NCBI GenBank assembly: GCA_034722055.1
Contig: JAYENL010000184.1
Coordinates: 1 to 31,727 of the forward strand
Source: Armatimonadota bacterium
Lineage (GTDB): Bacteria > Armatimonadota > Zipacnadia > Zipacnadales > UBA5352
Length of the DNA: 31,727 nucleotides
Direction of reading: 5' to 3'
A program made the position numbers and the translations under genes. Under the pieces are notes generated by a model. The model was not told the origin of the DNA. It made no database searches and saw only the letters and a list, made by a program, of their open reading frames with translations. Positions 25,285-31,727 of this stretch are shown piece after piece. Position 1 is the stretch's first letter. The number at the start of each line of letters is the position of its first letter.

Positions 25285-25682
25285 GAGCCGGGGTATTGAG
25301 GGGCGTGAATCCGTGGTCGGGCCGATGCCGGACCGAGCGTCGTTGTGCCGGGCCGTTTGGCGGGGCTGGTCTCCGTCCCAGCCCGCCGGCCGTTCGACGT
25401 ATGCCGTTGCCGTCCGCCGTGCCCGACCTACGCGGCGGAGGTCGTCAGCCGTTGTCGTTGCGGCCGCGGCGTCGGCACATCGAAGCGGGCCTTCGGCCCG
25501 CAGGCGGGCGGGGGCGCCGGCCCCCCATTATCGAGGCACCGGCAGGCTGCAGGGCGCTCAGGCCGCGCCATACAGCGACGGCCAACGGCGGGCCGGAGAG
25601 TGCGGGAGGTGAGCACCCCCGCGTCGTGGAAATTGATAATGACAAGGGTGCACACTCAATCCGCTGCTTGGGAGTCGTGCAT

Positions 25683-27965
25683 ATGCCGAAAAGCATCGAC
25701 GTACTCCCGTTGTTCGAGAGAAGCGAGATCACCTTTGACCCCATCCCGCGCTTCATCTTCGAGGGTGACCTGGGCACGGAGCTGCAGTCCGGGGCGATCA
25801 CCCCCGAGGACGCCACGAGTCTGCTCGACTGCATGCTGGCCATCCGGTTCTTCGAGGAGACCGTGGCGCAGATGAAGGCCGGGAAGTTCAAGCCGCGCCC
25901 GGGCTTCCGGTTCATCGGCGCCTCGCACCTGTCCATCGGCCAGGAGGCCACCGCGGTCGGCGCCGTCTCCGCCATCCGCCCCGACGACTACATCACCTCC
26001 ACCCACCGCGGCCACGGCCACTCCATCGCCAAGGGCTTCTACTGGCTGCTGGGCCGCACCTCCGACGAGGAGCTGCTCGAGTTCATCGACGGCTACGCGG
26101 AGCCGGGCGATGATGAGACGCTGCTGGAGACGGCGCTGCAGGTGCACCTGAACCGCACCATGGCCGAGCTGCTGGGCAAGGAGGAGGGCTACTGCCACGG
26201 CCGCGGTGGCGGGATGCACATCGCCGACTTCCATGCCGGCCACCTGGGCGCCAACGCCATCGTAGGCGGCAGCTACGCCATCGCCGCCGGCGCCGCCATG
26301 GGCTGCTGGAAGCTGGGCCTCGACCGCGTGGTGCTGTGCTTCGTGGGCGACGGCGCCACCAACAACGGCATCGCCCACGAGGCCTACAACTGGGCCTGCC
26401 AGGACCAGTTCGAGGAGGGCATTCCGGTCATCTTCCTGGTCGAGAACAACCAGTACGGCATGACCGGGCAGCAGGCCGGGGAGGTCACCGGCATCGAGGA
26501 CCTGGCGCAGCGTGGCGCCGGCTACAATGACGTGAACATGCACGCGGAGGTCGTCAACGGCATGGACGTCGCGGCCATGCACGACGCTGTGGGGCGCGCG
26601 GCGGAGCTGTGCCGCGCCGGCGACGGCCCGGTGCTGCTGGAGTCCAAGACCTACCGCTACAAGGGCCACTCGCTATCGGACAACTGCACCGCCTACCGCT
26701 CAGAGACCGAGGAGCAGGCCTGGGAGGACATCGACCCCATCGACCACATCAAGCGCGCCGTCGTCAAGCACGGCGTGCTCTCCGATGACGAGGTCGTGGA
26801 GCGCTGCGAGCGCATGCAGCAGCGGATCATCGACGCCACCACGTGGGCCGTGGACGCCACCGACCCCAGCCCGGACGAGATCTACCGCGGGCTGTGGGTG
26901 GACACCAGCTCCGAGGGCATCGGCGAGGAGTGGGCCACGCCCCAGGAGGAGCTGCTCGACGAGCCCAGCTCCACGCGGCGCGACAGGCAGGGACGAATCC
27001 TGTACCGCCACGCGGTGGCCGAGGCGCTGATGGAGGAGATGCTGCGCGACCGGCGCGTGATCCTCTACGGTGAGGACGTGGCCGACTACGGCGGGGCCTT
27101 CGGGGCCACGCGTGGGCTCCTCGAGACCTTCGGTCGCGGTCGGGTCTTCAACGCCCCCATCTCCGAGGCGGCCATCGTGGGCACCGCGGCGGGCGCGTCA
27201 ATGGTCGGCATGCGCCCGGTGGCGGAGATCATGTACATCGACTTCATCCTCATGACCATGGATCAGACCGGCAATCAGCTCGCCAAAGCCCGCTACATGT
27301 TCGGCGGCAAGGCCACGCTGCCGGCGGTGATCCGCACCACCATCGGCGGGGGCCGCGGCTACGCCGGCCAGCACTCCCAGTCCCTGGAGGCCATCGTCAC
27401 GCAGATCCCGGGCCTGAAGGTCGTCGCGCCGGCCTTCGCCTACGATGTGAAGGGCCTGCTCAAGTCCGCCATCCGTGACGACAACCCGGTCATCTTCATC
27501 GAGCACCAGCACTGCTACACCGAGAAGGGCGAGGTGCCCGAGGAGGAGTACACCCTTCCGCTGGGCGAGGCGGCCGTGGTGCGCGAGGGCTCGGACGCCA
27601 CCGTCGTCGCCTACAGCTACATGCTGCTGCGGACGCTGGAGGCCGCCGAGCAGCTCGCCGAGGAGGGCATCGACGTGGAGGTCGTGGATCCGCGGACCCT
27701 CATCCCCCTCGATGAGGACACCATCGCGCAGTCAGTCGCCAGGACCGGGAAGGCCTTGATCGTCCAGCAGGCGCCCTACATCGGCTGCTTCGGCGAGCAC
27801 ATCGCGCACAGGATCATGGAGCGGTGCTGGGGCGACCTGCAGGCGCCGGTGCGGATCGTGGCGGCCCATGACGTGCCGCCGCCGATGGCCGCGCCGCTGG
27901 AGAACGAGAACATGCCCTCGGTCGAGAAGATCGCGGGCTGCATCCGCGAGCTCGTCGAGGGGTAG
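25683..27965 (+). CDS. Fused E1 alpha/beta subunit of a TPP-dependent 2-oxoacid/acetoin dehydrogenase
   Basis: 760 aa from ATG 25683; HLSIGQE, THRGHGH, GRGGGMH, GDGA...ENNQY TPP motif and YRYKGHS, then beta-part motifs GEDV, PISE and QHSQ. Confidence 0.93.
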   Translation: MPKSIDVLPLFERSEITFDPIPRFIFEGDLGTELQSGAITPEDATSLLDCMLAIRFFEETVAQMKAGKFKPRPGFRFIGASHLSIGQEATAVGAVSAIRPDDYITSTHRGHGHSIAKGFYWLLGRTSDEELLEFIDGYAEPGDDETLLETALQVHLNRTMAELLGKEEGYCHGRGGGMHIADFHAGHLGANAIVGGSYAIAAGAAMGCWKLGLDRVVLCFVGDGATNNGIAHEAYNWACQDQFEEGIPVIFLVENNQYGMTGQQAGEVTGIEDLAQRGAGYNDVNMHAEVVNGMDVAAMHDAVGRAAELCRAGDGPVLLESKTYRYKGHSLSDNCTAYRSETEEQAWEDIDPIDHIKRAVVKHGVLSDDEVVERCERMQQRIIDATTWAVDATDPSPDEIYRGLWVDTSSEGIGEEWATPQEELLDEPSSTRRDRQGRILYRHAVAEALMEEMLRDRRVILYGEDVADYGGAFGATRGLLETFGRGRVFNAPISEAAIVGTAAGASMVGMRPVAEIMYIDFILMTMDQTGNQLAKARYMFGGKATLPAVIRTTIGGGRGYAGQHSQSLEAIVTQIPGLKVVAPAFAYDVKGLLKSAIRDDNPVIFIEHQHCYTEKGEVPEEEYTLPLGEAAVVREGSDATVVAYSYMLLRTLEAAEQLAEEGIDVEVVDPRTLIPLDEDTIAQSVARTGKALIVQQAPYIGCFGEHIAHRIMERCWGDLQAPVRIVAAHDVPPPMAAPLENENMPSVEKIAGCIRELVEG

Positions 27966-27986
27966 GCACATGTGCACGCCAGGCGC

Positions 27987-28016
27987 TGCGCGCGGCGCCA
28001 TCCGGTGCCGCGCGCA
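27987..28016 (+). other. 13-bp GC-rich intergenic hairpin
   Basis: TGCGCGCGGCGCC ATCC GGTGCCGCGCGCA (one G-U pair); no U-tract on either side. Confidence 0.5.
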
Positions 28017-28072
28017 CCTGTGCGTGTCAGCACTACCGGTCACGGACCGGATACTGAGGGCAGTGAGCGCCG

Positions 28073-29065
28073 ATGAGGATCGCCGTCTGGTCGCATCCCT
28101 ACCGGGAGTTCCCGGAGGGCGCCGACAGCGCCCAGGCCATGACCGATCGGCTCGTCGAGCTGCGTGAGGCCGGGGTGGAGCTGTCCTTCCCCTTCGTGGC
28201 CGTCAGCGGCCAGGTGTACTTCCACTCCGAGACGCTCGGCGCCCCCGACCGCGAGCTTCTCGGACCCTACATGGAGGCGGCCCGCGAGGTCGGCGTCCGG
28301 GTCCATCCTGTGATTGGCCTGGGCGGGCCGGTCGGGATCGGCCGCGGTCTCTACGAGCCGCCGCTGGACTACCAGGACGTCCCCGAGTGGGCCATGAGCT
28401 GGCCCTGCGCGAGCTGGGGCGAGAACCACGAGCGCACGGTGCTGCTGGCCAACGAGCTCATTGAGCGCTATCAGCCCGACGGCCTGCACTTGGACTACGC
28501 CCGCTACCCCAACGCCGACGTGCTGGTGGACAACCCCTGCACGTGCCCGCGCTGCCAGCAGGCACGACTGCAGTGGCTGGGCAAGCCCTACCCCGAGCCC
28601 TACGACCTGCGCAAGCCCGGGGTGGTCTTCAAGGAGCTGCAGATGCGGATAGAGTTCGTGCGGTCCTTCGTGGAGTCCGTGCGGGGGCTGACGGATCACC
28701 ACCAGATCCGGCTCTCGGCGGCGGTGCGCGCCCGCTACTACGAGGATGCCCTCGTGGAGGGCCAGGACTGGGCGGAGTGGTGCGACGACGGCCTCCTCGA
28801 TATCGTCTGCCCCATGAGCTACACGCTCTCATTCGGCTCCTTCGCCAAGCTGGTGGCCCAGCATCGGCGGCTGCTGAGTGAGGCGCAGGTGCAGTGGCTG
28901 GCGGGCATCGGCCTCAGCTCTTCGGCCGGGGACCTCGACTTCGACGCCCTCGACCGGCAGATTCGGTTCGCCGCCCAGGCGGGCGCGCCCGGGGTGTGCA
29001 TCTTCCACGCCGCGGCCATCGGCCCCCAGGAGCTGTCCCTGATCGCGAAGCTGTCATCGCTGTGA
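28073..29065 (+). CDS. Glycoside hydrolase-like family 10 (GHL10/DUF187-like) protein, no signal peptide
   Basis: 330 aa; GVRVHP, YQPDGLHLDYARYP, GQDWAEW and DIVCPMSY motifs. Confidence 0.75.
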   Translation: MRIAVWSHPYREFPEGADSAQAMTDRLVELREAGVELSFPFVAVSGQVYFHSETLGAPDRELLGPYMEAAREVGVRVHPVIGLGGPVGIGRGLYEPPLDYQDVPEWAMSWPCASWGENHERTVLLANELIERYQPDGLHLDYARYPNADVLVDNPCTCPRCQQARLQWLGKPYPEPYDLRKPGVVFKELQMRIEFVRSFVESVRGLTDHHQIRLSAAVRARYYEDALVEGQDWAEWCDDGLLDIVCPMSYTLSFGSFAKLVAQHRRLLSEAQVQWLAGIGLSSSAGDLDFDALDRQIRFAAQAGAPGVCIFHAAAIGPQELSLIAKLSSL

Positions 29066-29115
29066 GGAGGCCTTTCACAGCCCGGCGGCACTCGCCGCCC
29101 CCTGGCAGCTATCGT

Positions 29116-30453
29116 TCACCAGAAGAACCGCAGCCACAGGTACCCTGTGCACAGGCCGAGAAAGCCGACCGTCAGGGGGAGGCCGTACTTGAGGAAGCGC
29201 CCGAAGCCGATGGGATGACCCGACCGGGATGAGATGCCGGCCACGACCACGTTCGCCGACGCCCCGATGAGCGTGATGTTCCCGCCCAGGCAGGCGCCCA
29301 GCGACAGCGCCCACCACACGGGCATAACCGTCTCGTTGCGCACCAGCTCCGCGGCGCTGGCGTAGGCCGAGGGGTCTGCCGCCAGCTCCGGCGCCACCAC
29401 GCGCAGCAGCGCCGCCATCGTGGCCACGAACGGGATGTTGTCGATGATCCCTGAGGCGATGGCCGAGAACCACAGCACCACCATGGTCAGCGCCAGCGAA
29501 CTGCCCTGCGTGACATCGATCATGCCGCGGCCCAGAGCTCCAACCACCCCCACCTCCACCAGCCCGGCCACCATCACGAACAGGCCGATGAAGAAGAAGA
29601 TGGTGGGCCACTCGATCTCCTCCAGCGTCTCCCGGGGGCCATCGGGATGCAGGAGCATGATCAGCGCCGCCCCCGCCAGCGCGATGGTCGCCGGCTGAAG
29701 GTGCAACGCCCCGTGCAGCACGAAGCCTACCAGGACCAGCCCGATCACCGTCAGGCACCGCCACAGCAGCCGGTGGTCGGTTATCGCCCGCGCCTCGTCG
29801 AACTGCACCACGCGCAGGCGCTGCTCCTCCTCCACCTGGTAGCGCTTGCCGAACCCCAGCCAGATGAGGCCGGCGAACAGCAGGAAGATCAGCAGGATGA
29901 TGGGCCCGTTGATGTACACGAACTCCATGAAGGTGATGTTGGCCTGCGAGGCGATGATAATGTTCGGGGGGTCGCCTACCAGAGTCGCGGTTCCGCCTAT
30001 ATTCGAGGCCAGGATCACGAAGATCAAGAAGGGCACCGGGTCCAGCTCCAGGGCCTCGTAGATGACGATGATGGTGGGGGCGATCAGCAGCACGGTGGTG
30101 ACGTTGTCCAGCAGCGCCGAGAGCACCGCCGTCGAGAGGCACATGCCGATCAGGATCGGGATGGGACGACCGTGGCCGACCTTCGCGGTCTTGATGGCCA
30201 CCCACTCGAAGAGACCTGTCGCGCGGGTGACGTTGACGATGATCATCATCCCCATGAGCAGGAAGATGGTGTTCCAGTCGATCCCCTCCACCTCATGGGT
30301 ACCGTGGAAGGCCGTGTCCTGATCGATGATCCCCAGCAGGATCATCAGCGCCGCGCCGGCCAGCGCCACCTTGGTCTTATCGACCCTCTCGGTCGCGATG
30401 AGGGCGTAGGCCGCCACGAAGATGCCGGCGGCCAGGTAGGCCGTCGAGCTCAT
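29116..30453 (-). CDS. ArsB/NhaD-family (ion transporter superfamily) permease
   Basis: 445 aa; IDWNTIFLLMGMM, SALLDNVTT, ASNIGGTATLVGDPPN, IDNIPF and LGGNITLIGASAN motifs; ATG overlaps the CBS gene stop (ATGA). Confidence 0.92.
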   Translation of the reverse strand: MSSTAYLAAGIFVAAYALIATERVDKTKVALAGAALMILLGIIDQDTAFHGTHEVEGIDWNTIFLLMGMMIIVNVTRATGLFEWVAIKTAKVGHGRPIPILIGMCLSTAVLSALLDNVTTVLLIAPTIIVIYEALELDPVPFLIFVILASNIGGTATLVGDPPNIIIASQANITFMEFVYINGPIILLIFLLFAGLIWLGFGKRYQVEEEQRLRVVQFDEARAITDHRLLWRCLTVIGLVLVGFVLHGALHLQPATIALAGAALIMLLHPDGPRETLEEIEWPTIFFFIGLFVMVAGLVEVGVVGALGRGMIDVTQGSSLALTMVVLWFSAIASGIIDNIPFVATMAALLRVVAPELAADPSAYASAAELVRNETVMPVWWALSLGACLGGNITLIGASANVVVAGISSRSGHPIGFGRFLKYGLPLTVGFLGLCTGYLWLRFFW

Positions 30454-30917
30454 GGATGACACGCAACTCCGAGCGTGGGGTTGACCACCTGGCTGATGAT
30501 GTCCTTGCGGCACAGCCGTCCCACCAGCTTGCCGTCGCGCACCACGAAGATCTGGGGCTGGTGGTGGCGGATGATCAGCAGCGCCGCCTGCGCCGCCAGC
30601 TCATCCTCCTCCACCGTCACAAGCCCCTCCCGGCGCATCACGTCGGCGACCGGCGTCTCCCGCAGCTCCTCGTCCTCGAGATTGCGCAGGCCGTAGCAAC
30701 GGGGCAGGTAGCTGAGCCGATCCAGCTCCGCGGCCGAGGTAGGCAGCGCCAGCGCCAGAATGTCCTCCTCGCCCAGAGCGCCAACCAGCCTCCCCTCCTC
30801 ATCCACCACCGGGAGGTTGCTGTGCTCGTACCTCGTCAGCACCTCAGCGGCCTCAGCGATGGTGTCATCCGGCGACAGCGTCGGGGCGTCCGTCTGTACA
30901 AGGTCGCCTGCTATCAT
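30450..30917 (-). CDS. Stand-alone CBS-pair protein
   Basis: 155 aa from ATG 30917 (AGGAGG SD at 30931-30926); LPVVDEEGRLVG, VADVM and VVRDGKLVG motifs. Confidence 0.88.
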   Translation of the reverse strand: MIAGDLVQTDAPTLSPDDTIAEAAEVLTRYEHSNLPVVDEEGRLVGALGEEDILALALPTSAAELDRLSYLPRCYGLRNLEDEELRETPVADVMRREGLVTVEEDELAAQAALLIIRHHQPQIFVVRDGKLVGRLCRKDIISQVVNPTLGVACHP

Positions 30918-30957
30918 GGGGGGCGCCTCCTGCGAATCGTCGCGGGGACGCGACACG

Positions 30958-30992
30958 AAAAAACCCGGAGACCGCCGCGGCAGCGGACCCGG
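30958..30992 (-). terminator. Intrinsic terminator-like hairpin in the 5' leader of the CBS/transporter operon
   Basis: CCGGGU-CCGCUG-CCG-CGGCGG-UCUCCGG followed by GUUUUUU, between the promoter and the SD. Confidence 0.6.
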
Positions 30993-31017
30993 CGTCATAT
31001 GCGTGCTACCGCAGGGG

Positions 31018-31046
31018 ATTATACTGTGTTTCCCGTCCGCTCTCAA
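31018..31046 (-). promoter_or_regulatory. Sigma70 promoter of the CBS/transporter operon
   Basis: TTGAGA (31046-31041), 17-bp spacer, TATAAT (31023-31018); conspicuous in very GC-rich DNA. Confidence 0.8.
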
Positions 31047-31132
31047 GCCCAGCAGCGCGGTGGCAGGGCTCGCGCCACCCCGCGGCGAACCTCTCCACGA
31101 GGATACAGCCCGTGCCGCCGGGAGGTCCCGCG

Positions 31133-31727
31133 ATGCCCCAGCGCTTCTGTCGCCACTGTGGCATTCGCATCGCTGACGAGGCCGCGCGCCACTGCCCGCA
31201 GTGCGGCCGCGAGCTGTCGTCGCGGTCGCCGTCCCCGGAGACACCGGGGGCGCCTCGGCCACCCGACCGCGAGGCCGAGGCCCCGCAGTCGCCTCCGGCC
31301 GCGGGCCCGCCGGCCGTGGCGCCCGAGGAGATCGAGCCCCGGGGGCCACATCAGGAGCCACGCATCGCCGGCGAGACGCCGCTGGAGCAGGCGGCCGAGG
31401 ATATCCAGCACCAGGAGGGCGCCGTGCCGGCCGACGGTGTGCGCCGCTGCCCGCACTGCGGTGAGGCTGTGTACGAGGTCGAGCAGGTGTGCTGGAACTG
31501 CCGCGGGAGGCTGCTGCCGGCCGAGCAGGCGGAGCCGACCCCGACGCCCGGGGCCCCGATGACCGGACAGCCGACCAGGCCTGCGCCGGCCCAGCGGCCG
31601 GCCGCGCCCCCGGCGCCCCCTGAGGTCATGTCCACCGCCTGGTGGGCGTTCGGCCTGGGGCTGGCCTCTGTGCTGACCTGCGGCGCGCTCGGGCTGCTGG
31701 GGATCGTGGCCATCTGGCTGGGGGTTG
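31133..31727 (+). CDS. Zinc-ribbon membrane protein, partial (runs off the window; absent from the ORF track)
   Basis: GGAGG SD then MPQRFCRHCG...CPQCG, a Pro/Glu-rich linker, CPHCG...CWNC, a Pro-rich linker and TM segments (AWWAFGLGLASVLTCGALGLLGIVAIWLG); no stop in 198 codons. Confidence 0.8.
   Translation, partial: MPQRFCRHCGIRIADEAARHCPQCGRELSSRSPSPETPGAPRPPDREAEAPQSPPAAGPPAVAPEEIEPRGPHQEPRIAGETPLEQAAEDIQHQEGAVPADGVRRCPHCGEAVYEVEQVCWNCRGRLLPAEQAEPTPTPGAPMTGQPTRPAPAQRPAAPPAPPEVMSTAWWAFGLGLASVLTCGALGLLGIVAIWLGV

Noticed and set aside
25296..25682. 129-aa N-terminal extension of the E1 ORF
   Set aside because: It runs through a repeat mosaic; protein-like sequence begins at MPKSIDV (25683) behind a GGGAG SD.
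30991..31002. AUGACGCC in the leader as a fluoride (crcB) riboswitch
   Set aside because: The required 5' GGCGAUGG-type segment and pseudoknot partner are absent downstream of the promoter.
30918..31361. Long N-terminal extension of the CBS ORF
   Set aside because: It spans the promoter, the leader and the divergent zinc-ribbon gene; the SD supports ATG 30917.

Overview
High-GC bacterial chromosomal window. It opens with the 5' half of a minus-strand rRNA operon: tandem sigma70 promoters, 16S, a long ITS, tRNA-Ile and a truncated tRNA-Ala. Next is a minus-strand run of an ECF transporter (S component, fused ATPase, small membrane protein, T component), an aldose-epimerase-like gene and a GHMP kinase. 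A plus-strand carbohydrate-type cluster follows: sulfatase-like protein, Gfo/Idh/MocA oxidoreductase, secreted clan GH-A hydrolase, URO-D-like protein, DUF72 protein and a large secreted protein. The rest holds hypF-hypC-hypD-hypE plus a hydrogenase maturation protease homolog, a fused E1 alpha/beta 2-oxoacid dehydrogenase, a GHL10-like protein, a CBS + ArsB/NhaD-family transporter operon and a partial zinc-ribbon membrane protein. The most notable signals are mostly non-coding: (1) a 232-bp MITE with IS50/Tn5-like ends and a 9-bp target duplication, inside a mirror-symmetric nest of palindromic repeats; (2) a REP-like family with fixed leader and GCCT loop but covarying stems; (3) a promoter-antiterminator-terminator leader (candidate cation riboswitch) before the CBS/ion-transporter operon; (4) a sulfatase homolog with Thr at the Cys/Ser formylglycine site; (5) a maturation protease lacking its metal ligands; (6) a 16S with compensated 341F/EUB338 mismatches and a shortened helix 44. 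All family calls come from motif recognition by eye; no searches were run. Gene content recalls Armatimonadota, but that is only a guess.
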